This document shows, one piece after another, positions 38,528 to 53,199 of a stretch of DNA of 64,000 bases. Made by a program: the position numbers and the translations under genes. Position 1 is the first letter of the stretch. Each line of letters opens with the position of its first letter. The DNA is taken from positions 84,816,001-84,880,000 of the forward strand of contig NC_091988.1 in the NCBI RefSeq assembly GCF_044704955.1. Reading direction: 5' to 3'. The DNA is from Pristiophorus japonicus (taxonomy: Eukaryota). Under the pieces are notes generated by a model. The model saw only the letters and a list, made by a program, of their open reading frames with translations. It did no database searches and had not been told where the DNA came from.

Positions 38528-39747
38528 TTTGAAATGTGAAGTGCTTGAATTAGTCTTTGGTCTTGGTGTTTTGAACTTCAATTGTTTCAAAGGCCCTTTT
38601 GCCTGTGTTTAAATTCCACATTTCCCTTGTAACTGTTTTTATTAAAAAAAAAATGACTAAATTTCTAGTGCAGCTGCTTGTGCTATCATGATACTGGTCA
38701 CGGCGACCATCCCACTCCCACTTTCCCTAATGAGCCCCCATTCTCTCCGACTGTTTCCAGCACATTAGTCGGTCCCGGTTCTCTGATTCAGTAAAATGGC
38801 CTTTTGCCCATCTGCAATATTTTACATCAGTTAAAGGCCACAGGGTTTTATTTTCATCCCAAATTGGTCCCAGTAGTGTGCAGATCATTGTTGGAAGGTT
38901 GAAATCCCAGCTGGAACATAATATTGAGTGAAAAATTGGGTCTGCCTATGTGGCTCTCCTTGGTAGAGCAAGGCTGCTAATGCTCACAGGTGAAGAATGA
39001 ATGAGTTTAGGCAGCAAAGGGCAGCCAACACCCTTGTAACTATTGGTGTGAGTCAACCATTCAGCAGAGAAAATGAGGGCCAGGGTGGAGTTACTGCAGA
39101 TTATATAAATGTGTTTGCAAACTGTTGCTGGTAATGGTGCCATTCAACTGGGCTTTCTCCCAAAAGACTGACTCACTGACCCTCGAAGCTCCTTTACTCC
39201 CTGCACCTGCTGCCTATTTCCTTTCCCCTTCACTTGATTGACAAACCTGACCGCACAAATAATACATGGGAGAAAAAATCCAAACTCAAGTGTAGCCTCG
39301 ATTGGCTGATTTCAATTGTCGCAGGATACTTGAAGTGGGTTAGTGTTGCAGCTGCTGACGTATGCAGGAAGAGGATTTGGGAAGTGAGGGGTGAAATTCT
39401 TCCAGGAAAAGGAAGACCAACCAACGTAACATGGTGTTGGAACAAGTGGCGGTGGTGAGGGATGAATTATCATAAGCTGCGGAGAGATTAAGGTGGCAGA
39501 CCAGTGCTGCCAGCTTTCTCCATTCAGTGAGCAGGTCCCTGGGCTTTGTGGCCGCTGCCACCATCACAAACATTGGAAGGGGAGCGCGGAGGGGGGGTGC
39601 AGTGTTGTGTTTGGATCACAGCCACCATTTTGCTCGGCTGGATTCCCACCTAATATGGCATGTTTTTTTTAAAGCTGACTTATTAAAGTTTTTAAATCAG
39701 TGATGAGAATCCTGAACCTACCACTGAGTGGTTGAAACAAATAGCAT

Positions 39748-41667
39748 AGAAACATAGAAAATAGGTGCAGGAGTAGGCCATTCGGCCCTTCTAGCCTGCA
39801 CCGCCATTCAATGAGTTCATGGCTGAACATGCACTTCAGTACCCGCTTCCTGCTTTCTCGCCATATCCCTTGATCCCCTGAGTAGTAAGGACCTCATCTA
39901 ACTCCTTTTTGAATATATTTAGTGAATTGGCCTCAACAACTTTCTGTGGTAGAGAATTCCACAGGTTCACCACTCTCTGGGTGAAGAAGTTCCTCCGCAT
40001 CTCGGTCCTAAATGGCTTACCCCTTTATCCTTAGACTGTGACCTCTGGTTCTGGACTTCTCCAACATTGGAAACATTCTTCCTGCATCTAACCTGTCTAA
40101 CCCTGTCAGAATTTTAAATGTTTCTATGAGGTCCCCTCTCATTCTTCTGAACTCCAGTGAATACAAGCCCAGTTGATCCAGTCTTTCTTGATAGGTCAGT
40201 CCCACCATCCCGGGAATCAGTCTGGTGAACCTTCGCTGCACTCCCTCAATAGCAAGAATGTCCTTCCTCAGGTTAGGAGACCAAAACTGTACACAATACT
40301 CCAGGTGTGGCCTCACCAATGCCCTGTACAACTGTAGCAACACCTCCCTGACCCTGTACTCAAATCCCCTTGCTATGAAGGCCAACATGCCATTTGCTTT
40401 CTTAACTGCCTGCTGCACCTGCATGCCAACCTTCAATGATGTACCATGACACCCAGGTCTCATTGCACCTCCCCTTTTCCTAATCTGTCACCATTCAGAT
40501 AATAGTCTGTCTCTCTGTTTTTACCACCAAAGTGGATAACCTCACATTTATCCACATTATACTTCATCTGCCATGCATTTGCCCACTCACCTAACCTATC
40601 CAAGTCGCTCTGCAGCCTCACAGCACCCTCCTCGCAGCTCACACTGCCACCCAACTTAGTGTCATCTGCAAATTTGGAGATACTACATTTAATCCCCTCA
40701 TCTAAATCATTAATGTACAGTGTAAACAGCTGGGGCCCCAGCACAGAACCTTGCGGTACCCCACTAGTCACTGCCTGCCATTCTGAAAAGTCCCCATTTA
40801 CTCCTACTCTTTTCTTCCTGTCTGACAACCAGTTCTCAATCCATGTCAGTACACTACCCCCAATCCCATGTGCTCTAACTTTGCACATCAATCTCTTGTG
40901 TGGGACCTTGTCGAACGCCTTCTGAAAGTCCAAATATACCACATCAACTGGTTCTCCCTTATCCACTCTACTGGAATCATCCTCAAAAAATTCCAAAAGA
41001 TTTGTCAAGCATGATTTCCCTTTCACAAATCCATGCTGACTTGGACCTATCATGTCACCTCTTTCCAAATGCACTGCTATGACATCCTTAATAATTGATT
41101 CCATCATTTTACCCACTACCGATGTCAGGCTGACCGGTCTATAATTCCCTGTTTTTTCTCTCCCTCCTTTTTTAAAAAGTGGGGTTACATTGGCTACCCT
41201 CCACTCCATAGGAACTGATCCAGAGTCAATGGAATGTTGGAAAATGACTGTCAACGCATCCACTATTTCCAAGGCCACCTCAAGTACTCTGGGATGCAGT
41301 CCATCAGGCCCTGGGGATTTATCGGCCTTCAATCCCATCAATTTCCCCAACACAATTTCCCGGCTAATAAGGATTTCCCTCAGTTCCTCCTCCTTACTAG
41401 ACCCTCCGACCCCTTTTATAACCGGAAGGTTGTTCGTGTCCTCCTTCGTGAATGCTGAACCAAAGTACTTGTTCAATTGGTCTGCCATTTCTTTGTTCCC
41501 CGTTATGACTTCCCCTGATTCTGACTGCAGGGGACCTACATTTGTCTTTACTAACCTTTTTCTCTTTACATATCTATAGAAACTTTTGCAGTCCGTCTTA
41601 ATGTTCCCTGCAAGCTTCTTCTCATACTCCATTTTCCCTGCCCTAATCAAACCCTTTGTCCTCCTCT
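39748..41667 (-). mobile_element. CR1 LINE, 5'-truncated and relatively young, unique to unit 3
   Basis: 403-aa and 148-aa RT ORFs (YRPVSLTS, QHGF, FADD); tail (catagaaa)n; GCAT at both junctions; empty site aaatagcatggatg at about 8690. Confidence 0.93.
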
Positions 41668-42887
41668 GCATGGATGTATATAGAGGGAGGTTGGACCAGC
41701 ATGTCGGAGAAGGGATATGCTGCTAGATTTCAATGAAAGACTGGAGGAGACTCGCGTGGAGCATGGACTGATTGGGCAGAATGAACTGATTCTGTGCTGT
41801 ATATCCTGTGTAAAATCCCAGGCTGCTTGGCAAGCCATTTGCAATATTTTTGCAGACCATTGGTTGAGCACCTCTGATCTGAAAGACATGAGACCAGATT
41901 TGGAGGCCTAGATTTTACTGATTCTCACCACCTGCCACTTTGGGGTCAGTTGAAACTCGGCAGTACCTGAGTTTAAAAGGATGGAACCTGCACGCATACA
42001 GCAGGGTAGGAGGCCACTTGACCCTTTTTGCCTGTATTTAACATTGAAGCATGGAAAATAGGAGCAGTAGTAGGCTGTTTGATCCTGTACCACCATTCAA
42101 TATGATGATGTCTGATCCTCTCCTCACCATATTCCTGCTTTCTCTCCATACTCCTTTGTCTTGCTATATCTCATATATTCCATGACTTAATTTCCACAGC
42201 CTTCTGTGGTAGAGAATTCCACAGGTTCACCACCCTCTGAAGAAATTTCTCATGTCCTAAATTTCCTACCCCTTATCCTGAGACACTGACCCCTTGTTCT
42301 AGACTTCCCAGCCAGGGGCAATATCCAGTCTGTCCAACCCCATCAAAATTTTATATATTTCACCTGAGCTCTCCTCATTCTGCTAAACTCTAGTGAATAC
42401 AGGCCTAGTTGACTGATTTCTCGCCTCATACGAGTCTTGCCATCCCAAGGAATCAGTCTGGTGACCCTTTGCTGCACTCCCTCTATGGAAAGTATAACCT
42501 TTAGTACTTTAAATCTATCATCTGGTGACTGACCCTTCTGCTAGAAAGTGTTCTCCTTCCCATTCCTTATGAAAACCTTCATAACTTTTTGAAAGTCTCT
42601 ATTAAATCTCCACTCCTCTGGATTAAATATTGTGCCTTTAAATGGATGTAAGTAATAAGGAGCTGCTGCCATCTTTCTGCAGAAGGTAGATGGGGTTACA
42701 GACACCCAGCATTCAGTCAGCCAGGAAGTTGTGTGAGCAGGTTCTAGTCTCTCTCCAGTGCCAAGGGAATAGACCAAAGCAGCATCTCCTTAATTGGCCA
42801 CTGCAGGTAGGTATGTTTTGGCCTCAGTGTACTGTAACTTCACTAAATGTGATCCATATTTAATAGGGTTAGTTGTAATTGTCTTAA

Positions 42888-44425
42888 TTTTCTACGAGTA
42901 CATAAAGAAAGAATAGTTAAGGTAAATGTTGGCCCCCTAGAGAATGAGACTGGGGAACAGGGAAATGGCAGACATTGAACAAATATTTTGTAATCTTCGG
43001 CAGACAATTTTTTACTGCTCCAATGATTGACCTGGACCTTGTATATTTGTCACTGGTCACCATCCAGCACCTGATGGCCTATCTGCAGTAAGCTGGCTGC
43101 TGTGCATTCTCCCTGCCCCACAGGGGACAATGGAAAGCGTTGTGACGTCGAGGAAGCCATGCCCCTGTCACTCCCTGCTCCCGGAGGCAGGTGGACTCAT
43201 GTTGCCCAAAGATGGCACCTAAAACTCACCGCAACCCCAGACAGTAAAAAAAAAAGCCCTTCCACCCAAAGGTGCCCTGCCGCCGACTCGGTAGCCAAAT
43301 CTCTCCACCCGCACATGTACTTGAGTAAGTCTGCAGGGAGGTTGTGCGCTGCCCAGGACGCTCCTCCATCCTCCGCAGTGGCTGTGAAACACGTCTGTCC
43401 ACCAGTAATCTCCCACATGGAAGGTTACTGCACAAGATAAAAGTTCACGGGGTTGGGGGTAATATATTAGCATGGATAGAGGATTGGCTAACACAAGAGT
43501 CGGGATAAATGGGTAATTTTCCACTTGGCGAACAGTAACTAGTGGGGTGCTGCAGGGATCGGTGCTGGGTCCTCAACTATGTACAATCTATTAATGACTT
43601 GGATGAAAGGACCGAGTGTAATGTAGCCAAGTTTGCTGAAACAAAGATGGGTGGGAAAGCAAATTGTGAGGAGGACACAATCTGCAAAGGGATATAGACA
43701 AGCTAAGTGGGCAAAAATTTAGCAGCTGGAGTATAATGTGGGAAAATGTAAGGTTATCCACTTTGGCAGCAATAATTGAGAAGCAAATTCTAATTTTAAA
43801 TGAAGATAAATTGCAAAATGCTGCGGGGCGGGGGGGTCCTTGTGCAAGAAACAAAGTTAGTATGCAGCGACAGCAAGTAATCAGGAAGGCAAATGGCATG
43901 TTGGCCTTTATTGCAAGGGAGGATAGAGTATAGAAGCAGGGAAGTCCTGCTACAACTGTACAGGGTATTGGTGAGGCCACACCTGGATTACTGTGTACAG
44001 TTTTGGTCTCAGTATTTAAGGAAGGATATACTTGCATTGGAGGTTGTTCAGAGAAAGTTTACTAGGTTGATTCTGGAGCTAAGGGGGTTGACTTATGAAG
44101 GTAGGTTGGGCCTATATCATTGGCGTTCAGAAGAATGTGAGATATTGACAAGATAATGAGAGCTTGACCAGGTGGATGCAGAGGACTTAGTCTCAGAATA
44201 GGGGGCTGCCCATTTAAAACTGAGACGAGGAATTTCTTCTCGAGTGTTGTAAATCTATGGAACTCTGTCCCAGAGCGCTGCAGTCATTGAATATATTTAA
44301 GCTGGTGATAGGTTTTTGAGCGGGCAGGGAAGGGAGCTGAGTTCATTATCAGGTCAGCCATGATCTTATTAATTGGTGGAGCATGCTCGAGGGACCAGGT
44401 TGCCAACTCCTGCACCTATTATTCT
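42888..44425 (+). mobile_element. Old degraded CR1 with nested insertion remnant, unit 3
   Basis: Homologue of 22131-23670. Boundaries approximate. Confidence 0.75.
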
Positions 44426-46603
44426 CATACTACTTCTGGGCTCCCTGACCAGAGGAAATATTTTTCCCCACCAATTCCTTTTAACCTACATCTCAATTCG
44501 ATCACCCTTTTTCCTTCTTTACTCAAGGAATACAAACCTAGTCGAAGCAGCCTGTTTGTATAATTTAGCCCTAGTATCATTCTGATAAATATTGGCCAGA
44601 ACATGTAGAGGACTGACCTCTTTTCAATAGTCCCATCGAATATTTTACAGCCGCTAGAGAGGCCAGATGGAGCCACGGTTGAACGTCCCATCAGAAAGAC
44701 GAACCTCTACCAGTGTAGTGCTCCTTCAGTATTCAACTAGTGTTGGCCTGGATTTTGTGCTGCAGTCTCTGGAGTGGGATTTGAACACATGATCTTCTGA
44801 CCTCAGGTAGGAGTGCTACCTACTGAGGCAAATTCAATGTCTGATCTCCTCTGTACTAAACATTGTTAATGGTACTGAGGCCAACAGAGCAGAAAATCCC
44901 AGATTCGATGCTTGGTCTGCTCAGTGTTTGCCAATCTCAGCAAGGGGAGCAGTGTGGGGGAATAGAGTTGGCCTCTGACTCTTGGCTAGTGCGGTGGCAA
45001 GTTAGCTGAAGATTCTTGCTCCTGATCACCATCCGGACATCCTGTCTGGAAAGTGCAGTTATGAGGAGTGGATTCAAATTTCTGATGCTGTTTTCCAATC
45101 CCCCACCCTCAACCCAACACTCCCTCAATATCCCTTTCCCAACTCCACCTCTAGGCTGGAATCAGTATAAAACTCCCCTTGGGCTGTACTTGTAAACTTT
45201 TTGTATATATAAAGCACCATGATCTGAAAACACCATGTAATGCAAGTTCTGTTCAGTAATGTATGTTGCAAAGAAATCTAACTATAACCTCACCCATTCC
45301 ATGTACTGTAATTTGATGACTGTATTACAATGTATCCTGAATTGTACCTCTGCAATGTAAAGCAAGCAAATGTATTGAACGGAACCGCTGTCAGTATCCA
45401 ACTGTATTGTATTAAATTGCTGACCACATCCAACTGTACTGAACTGCTTTTCAATGTATTTTGAATATAAAAATTTACAAGTATACTTGGAAATGAAACA
45501 AAAACTCCACTTCCCTACCCTACCACGGTCAAGTAACGAAAACATGCATTGGCTGGGCATACAAGAACAGCAGCCAATCAGGGTGAGGAATCTCTTTGAA
45601 TCAATGCCTTCAGGCAAGGAGAACATTGGAGTGGGGAACAAAAAGACCCAAACTAAAACAAATTGAGCTTTCTTCTTTGGGCTTTTGGGATTCAAGGTAT
45701 GGATTTGACCCAGCCTGATGAAATGGAAGACTCTATACTCTTTTTCTCCCTTTCTTTTTTTTTACTCCCTGCTGCCTTTAATGGTCCTGCCTGAAATAAG
45801 TTTGAGGATAATCTCCACTCTTCCCAACCCAGACCCACAGCACAAAACTAACTCTCAATCAGGTGTTTAAAAATGGTCGTTCTCACTCTCCCAGCTCACA
45901 AGGAGTGTCTAGTGTGAGATAGGGTAATGCCACACTGGTATAGGGGTTCTTGCCCATGTCCACGCAGTGCTAATTTTCATTGTTGGGGTCAGCATTCCTC
46001 TTCCCAAATCTCCAACCACCATTGTAAAAGATCTGGGAATCTGGTTCGAAAATGAAATTGTGGGGAAAACTGGCCCGCCCTGGATATAGGGCTGCCAACG
46101 CTCCAGGATTACCCTGGAGTCTACACAAAATAAAGATAAATCTCCACGACACTGCTGCAAGCAGAAAAATCACAGGAGCATTAAAATAAATTGTCGTCTT
46201 CATTTTCTCTGAGTACTTCTGTTTATTGATGATAAAAATATTGGAGAAAGGATAAAATGGTTATCTGACTGGGAATCAAGAATCACCTGCGTGGGTAAGG
46301 AAATGACTCCGCTCTCCAATCAGGATGGGAAGGTGGGGTGCCCTCAGGATGAACGTGTTGGTGGAGGGGTTGGAGGTCATGTGATGAAACCTCCAGGAAT
46401 ATGTCCAAAGAGGAGTTGGCCGTTCTGCCTGGGTATCGGAACACTCCGACTGGGTTACCGCCTCCGCATCTTATTCATTCATAGAGTAGCTTTATATATT
46501 ACACGAGTCGATCTCTCCTGGTGTTGTTCATGGGAAGTCCAGGATCTCTTTCTTGATAACGAGAGGGGCCCTGTGGAAGATTATACATAATAGAGGCCCA
46601 ACT

Positions 46604-46887
46604 GGTCAGCCATGGTGCAATAGGTAACATGCTCGCACCTCAGTCAGAAGGTTGTGGGTTCAAGTCCCACTTAAGGGAGTTGAGCAGGTGATCCAGGCCA
46701 ACACTTCCAGTGCAGTACTGAGAGAGTGCTGCACTGTCGGAGGTGCCGTCTTACGGATAAGACATTAAACTGAGACTCTGCCTGTAATTCTGTCATTACA
46801 ACTGTGACCACACTTCAAAAATTCTTTGTTGACTGTAAAGTGCTTTGGGATGTTCCGTGGTTGTGAAATGTGCTATATAGACACAAG
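46604..46887 (+). mobile_element. tRNA-derived SINE, unit 3
   Basis: GGTTCAAGTCC B-box; carries the empty gypsy site tcattacaactgtgacc. Confidence 0.65.
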
Positions 46888-47501
46888 GGGCGAGATCTTC
46901 GGCTTTCCGTCTTCAGGGTGAAAACAGAGGCGAGGCAGGAAATTTACTGCCCAATTAACGTTAGCGATTAATTGCTTAACTTTCAACATTTGGGCTCTGT
47001 GCCAGAGGTGGAGCGCAAAGGGAGGCGTTGAACTACTTTTGCAGCGCAAAAACAGGAACCTCGCCAACTTTAGTGCGGGGCCAGGAGCGCTGAGAGAGAG
47101 GCCTTGGGAGGGGAAAAAACGTCAAAAAATCATTAAAGAAACATTGCCAACACCCTTATCTCACAAATTGCTGCAAAAATGAAAACATTAAAAATTTTAA
47201 CTTACCTTTTTTCCAGTTTATCCAACTCACCACCGTCGACAGGGCTGTGTTTTCCCTGGTGGTCATCGTGGGGCGCGTTTCGCGGCGTACGGGTCGAGTG
47301 AGACTCGAAACTCGCAGCGGTGTCACAATGTGAGCCGGTGCACACCTGGCGCAGCTCTCCCCGGTGTTTCTAAGCATCGCCGCCGCAAAAAACGAATCGA
47401 GGATCGCGACAGGGTGAAAAACAGCTGACCGACAGATTTTTCGCCGCGGACGGCCAAAACCTGGCAAAAACCCGATCGCAAATGACCCCAAAATCCAGCC
47501 C
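46888..47501. mobile_element. Harbinger-like MITE, unit 3
   Basis: Same termini and AAG duplication. Confidence 0.65.
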
Positions 47502-49855
47502 AAGTTCTTTCTTTCTTTTCACTGAGTGTACAAATGGATTGTCCATTTTACCATAGTAGAACCACACTAAAACATGGCACATCGGGACACTTCCTCCAAT
47601 GGGGCCGCGCCACACTACCTGAGCACAGCTTCTGCCGAAACCAAACCACAAGTTCCTGAGGCGGCGGTTAATCCCCCCAATAAACCACAGCCAGCTTCCT
47701 CCACATCTTCCTGCCAAGGTCATGAACAACACACCACAGCACTCCATAAACCAATTAATCAGCAAGGCCAAGAATTATAGCAGGGCATTGGTTGACTTTC
47801 CCCCCTTCCATAACCGACACTAAGGCAAATTGATCAACACCATGGGCCAAGATTAGTAAGCTCAGGACAAGTTCAGAAGTTAAATGTGGTGTCTGCTTGC
47901 CTGTCTGGTTCAGTTCCACCCTGTCCATCCTGAGTGAGCTATTGGGTCGTAGATCAGGAGCTGGGATTCCAGGGCAGGGACTAAGGAGTGAGCAGGGGAA
48001 GGGTGGAAAGGGGGCGGAGGGCTCCGGGGAGGTCCCAGAGTAACAGAAGAGGGTGGGGGCGTGAAGGTAGGGGAAGGGGATGGGGGGCAGGGACAGTTGC
48101 AGGGGGTGGGGTCTGGACCAGCTGGTTTGGCAGGGCTCGGACAGGGGGTGGGGAACAGTGCGAGTGGTGAGGTGCTGGGGCACATAGTGGCCAGTTGAAG
48201 GGGAAAGGTGTGGGAATAGGGACGGGGGGTGGGTGGGGCTAGGAGGTAGGTAACAGACATTGGGGTGCAGGAATTGTGGATGGGGTGGGGTCAGTAGGTG
48301 GCAGCATCAGTGGGGGAAGGGGGCAGGGGATAGTTAGCAGGGTGCTGGAATTGGGGATGTGGGTGAGCTCAGGAGCCAGGAGTGGGAGAGGAGGGAAGCT
48401 CAAGTGGCAAAAGAATTTTCAATAATAATCGAGAGAAAAGAAGAATTCTGTAATAACTTGACCTCTGACCCAGGGCCTGGCGAAGACAAATATTCACAGG
48501 CCCAGACTGAGTGCAGCCCACGGGTTGGGAGGGTTCACTCAGCCTTCCTGTCTCTCCTCCTCGGTCTTGTCCATGCTCAGGTGGCCCTGGAGAGGGAGCA
48601 TGCGGTGCCCATCGGTACACTCGAGTCCTCCTGCAACCGATGGGTACGGCAGGGAAAGGAAAGTCTTATCGACACGAGTAATAATATTGTGATTTACATT
48701 ATGAGTTTATTTTAGTTTAATAGGTGATGATGTTTAATTATATTAGTGGTGCCGCCTCAGTTTAAGGGGCATTTGTGCAGCTGCCTCTCTGTTGGTGGAA
48801 CTGGGCAATCCAGCATCACTTCTATTGATTTATTAAAATAAACCAAGACATGACCAATTCTCCACATGCAATCAGCTATTGGACCTCAACAGGTCACTAC
48901 AGACTGCATCAGGCTGTAGGGCAGTTAACCTGTTTAGATCTGAATCCGATCTCACTCTGAACAAGTCTCCAATCGTTTTCGGGTGTTGCACCAAAAGGAT
49001 TATAAAAGAGCCCATGTACAGCTTTAAAACTAACAACAACCTGCACTTATGTAGCACCTTTAACATCATAAGATGACCCAAGGAGCTTCACAGGAAAGTT
49101 ATCAAACACAATTTGACACTGAGTCACAAGTGGAGATATTAGAACAGGTGATCAAAAACTTGTCAAATAGATAGGTCTTAAAGAGCGTCTTACAGGAGGA
49201 CAAAAGCAAAATACTCCAGGTGCTGGAAATTTGAAATAAAAATAGAAAATTTTGGAAATACTCAGCAGGTCAGGCAACATTTTGGAGAGAAACACAGTTA
49301 ACGTTTCAGGTCGATGAACTTCCATGAGAATTTAATGTCGATGACCTTTCATCGGAGTCTGAAAGGAGGAGAAATGCAGAGAGGAGGAGAGGTTCAGGGA
49401 GGATATCACAGAGCTTAGGGCAAAGGCAGTTGAAGGCACAGCCACCAATGTTGGAGCAATCGAAATCAGGGAGATGCAAGAGTCCACAATTGGAGGAGTG
49501 CAGAGATCTCGGAGCGTTGCAGGGTTGGAGGACCCGAGGCAGGGGCGGAGTCGGGCAGTGGTACAGAGATGGAAATAGACTTCTTTCAGTTCAACATTAT
49601 CAAAGCTCTTAATAAAATATAGCTCTGTATTTATCTGAAGTCAAAAAGTATGTGTAAATTTACATAGTTTGAATAGAATGTATGTTCTTTAGGTGTCTGT
49701 ATATGTTTATTTCATTATATTCTGTTTCAGTAAATATTCAGTACATCAAAAAACAAAAGCTGAACTTGTCTTGTTCCCAGAGACCCAGATAGTCTCCAAC
49801 CTGGTGCATCTCCCGATCACTGAACCAGTCTGTGTGAAAAACTTTCTGGAAACAA

Positions 49856-49947
49856 ACAATTAGTGAGAATGTTGAATAGTCTATTGGTTTAGTTTAGCCA
49901 CACCTGCTCCAATTGTTTTCAGGTGATGGCAGGCTGTGTGTATAAAA
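49856..49947 (+). promoter_or_regulatory. Proximal promoter of ZP3 copy 4
   Basis: Same layout; distal CCAAT changed to ACAAT; TATAAAA 49941-49947. Confidence 0.65.
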
Positions 49948-49999
49948 GGGGATCAGGGGACTCCCCACAGAGAACAGTTGAGCTGCAGTAGTTTGTATT

Positions 50000-52900
50000 A
50001 TGGGGCAACTAGTGAAGGGTTTGGTGCCTCTATTGGTTTTGATCGGAGTGGTTTGTTGCTCTGATACCAGGCAGCAGTTTAGAAACTTGGACTTCCCATG
50101 GAGCATTCAGAAGGCCACTCGTGTCCCTCCAGGCCCAGCTTTTGGTTCTGGTTTCAGTAAGTCTGAGGGGCGAAGTGTGTCTCCACTGCAGACTGTGATG
50201 GTGCAGTGTGGAGAGCAGAACCTGCTGGTCAGTGTACAGATGGATTTATTTGGAACCAGGCACCTGATTAAAGCAGCTGATCTGACCCTGGGGTCAACAG
50301 GTTGTCGGCCAACTGGGGTCTACTCTCAGAACCACACCGTCCTATTTCATTATGGGCTCCATGAATGTGACAGCACAGTAAAGGTAATGTGATTCTTGAT
50401 CTAAAACCTTCTGCAAACAAAGGGCCCCTGGGAGGAGGAACACTGGCATGGACTAGTTGGGCTGAATGGACTGTTTGTGCTGAACATTCTATGAAATATA
50501 TGGACCTGTAACAATATGATTTTAATGTAAGCTTTCATTTTGATTGTGCTTTATGTTCAGAATATTTTAGTGAGGCCTGTTTAAATGAGATACTCATGGA
50601 GGTTTCTTTCCCTGATTCAACCTTTTATTGATTGAAAATAAACTGGTCATCTGGACTGAAGTACATGGTTACTAGACTGTCTTGAGCAATGTAACAGTGG
50701 AGGGTGAGATGAAGGATTGTGGCTACATGGGTGACTTTTTTTGATGCACATTTGCTGGTTTATTTTTGATTTGAGATTGGTTGGGACACAGTTGGAGTTC
50801 CATGCTATTTTTGACTTGTAGAAAGAATCATGGGAACTGATTGCTAAATATTCAAGTGTTCTTTTATGCAAAAATGCTTGGAAAAATTGAGGCATTTTTC
50901 ATCAAATTAAGCTGCCCCTAGAATAAAGGCAGAACATGCTTATGGTGAAATTGTACTGAGGAAACCTGGACTGAAGACAATCCTTTGAAGGAATTCTCAG
51001 GATTGTTGAAATTTGGAATGTTATGTCTTGAATAGTCAGACTAGATACGGCAAGCTCCAAAGTAAGCTGTGACCATAGTCCTTTTTTATTACAGATCAGA
51101 GTCCCCTGAGACCTATTGAATTTATATATAATTTACAGCTTTATATGCATCACCATGTGACCATAAAGTACTGAGACCCAATGGAGCAGTTATCCCTGGT
51201 GCTGTCTTCCATCCCTAAACCCCTCTGCCTTTCTACCACTCCATCTGTTTATGGCACTTATTAAAACTTTGTTTGTGGCCAAGCCTTTGGTCAAATATCT
51301 TGTGTTGATTTGGTGCCAAACTTTTTTCTGAACCTCCCTGTGAAGTGCATTAATGTTTTACAATGTCAAGTGAGTTTTATATAAATGCACAAGTGCATAA
51401 TTGTGGTTCACTTCCCCCAGAGGCCTACAATATCTCTTCAAATGTATTTGGATAGGGCTGGGACTCTAATTAATAGAAGTATGAATTGCAGTGTGTGTTT
51501 CTCCAAACACTGCTCTCTTGTCCAAGAATAACTCCCTTGTTCTGTACCTGACCAGATCACATTTTCTCTCCTAGATGACGGATGACCTGCTGATTTACAC
51601 CAGCCACCTGTACTACAGGCCAAGCCATATTGGAGGAGTCATTGTGAGAACCAGTGGATTAGTTGTCCCTATTGTGTGCCATTATCCCAGGTAAGGTGGA
51701 TGATTGACAGGCTCTTCTTTTCTCTGATGGGGTAGTGAATTGGAAGTAAAACTTGCCTTCTTCCTTCCCACAGGAAGAGGACAGTGAGCAGCAATGCGAT
51801 CAAGCCCACCTGGGTCCCCTTCTCCTCCACCAAGGCAGGAGAGGGACGTCTGTCATTCTCCCTGCGTCTGATGACTGGTAAGTGATCGTCAATTATCTAC
51901 TATGCCTGTTTTACCCATTCCTTGGAATCCAGTGAGGAACCCAAAGCTTGTGTTCCTGCTCTCATTCCCTTTCCCTTTCCAGCTAACTGGAGTGCAGAGC
52001 GTACCTCCAATATCTACCACCTGGGTGACCTCATTCACATCGAGGCCTCTGTGATGACTGTGAACCACATGCCTCTGAAGCTCTATATTGACCGCTGTAT
52101 AGCTACACTGAGCCCAGACCAGGACTCCACCCCCAGATACAACATTATTGACTTCAACGGGTAAGGTCTTTATCTGGGCTGCATATGTCACACACATAAC
52201 TGTTTGGCGGAGGGAATCCATTCTTAATGATGCAGCTCTTTCTGACCCTCTTTCCAGTTGCCTGTTGGACAGCCGAGACGAAGACTCCTTTTCGTCCTTC
52301 GTGTCACCGCGAGATCACCTGGATAAGCTTCAGTTCAAGCTGGATGCATTCCGCTTCTTTGAAGACGACAGGGACTTGGTAAGAGGAGACCAGATGTTGA
52401 GACGGTGAGCGTTTGACACTGAGTAACTCCTGCATGTGTCTCCTGCAGATCTTCATCACTTGCCACCTGAAAGTAGCTGCAGCAGATCAAAGGCCAGATT
52501 CAGTCAACAAAGCTTGTTCCTTCCAGAAGCCAGCCAACCGGTGAGTGAAATCTAACCAACAATGGTGATCGTCTTTGGTCAGAATGCATCCATATGCCAA
52601 TCGTGTGCTTCCTTGCTTGTTTAGATGGTTCCTGGTGACTGAATTGGACCTGTCCATGGTGGAAGGATCTAATGAGGTTTGTGCCTGTTGTGATGGGGGC
52701 AACTGTGGAGCCTCGAGATTGCGATCTGGAGGAAGACTTCACTCCAGGGACAGGAGGGAAGTCCTATCTGAGCTGGGTATGTTGTGGTGGTATTGGGTGT
52801 TGGGGCTATTGTTCGATGTTTGTTTGTAACTGGATGGAATGAATTGTTGCAGAGTCGGAGCCTGTGTGGGAGGGTGAAGTTTCCCTTGGACCACTGATCA

Positions 52901-53147
52901 TTCTGGATGCTGATCTGAAGGACCTGGTCCATTCGATGGGAAGTGAAGCTGTCGAGACTCGTGAGGAGATTCCGAGTTCTTCTCCAGGTGAGTGTTGATT
53001 TTGAGAACCCAATTCCAGTCTAGTGACTCCTGACTCAATGGCTTCTCATTCTCTGCAGGTGAGGTGCTTCTGGTTGTGACGTTGGCAGTTGGGGCCCTGA
53101 TCTCAGCCATTCTGGTGGCCGCCTTCCTCTTTAGGAAACACACCTGA
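50000..53147 (+). CDS. zp3: ZP3-like, copy 4, 9 coding exons, 456 aa
   Basis: Exons 50000-50383, 51575-51690, 51774-51877, 51983-52160, 52258-52378, 52449-52540, 52625-52776, 52853-52987, 53059-53147. RDRR furin site. Confidence 0.93.
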
Positions 53148-53193
53148 ATCCTTTCTCATTTGGGCTTTTCTATCATTTGTCAAAAAATGGAGT

Positions 53194-53199
53194 AATAAA
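53194..53199 (+). terminator. Polyadenylation signal, copy 4
   Basis: AATAAA at the homologous position. Confidence 0.65.

Noticed and set aside
40460-41671. 403-aa RT ORF as a domesticated gene
   Set aside because: 5'-truncated CR1 ORF2 fragment with a frameshift near 40445-40460; its ATG arises from the insertion junction.
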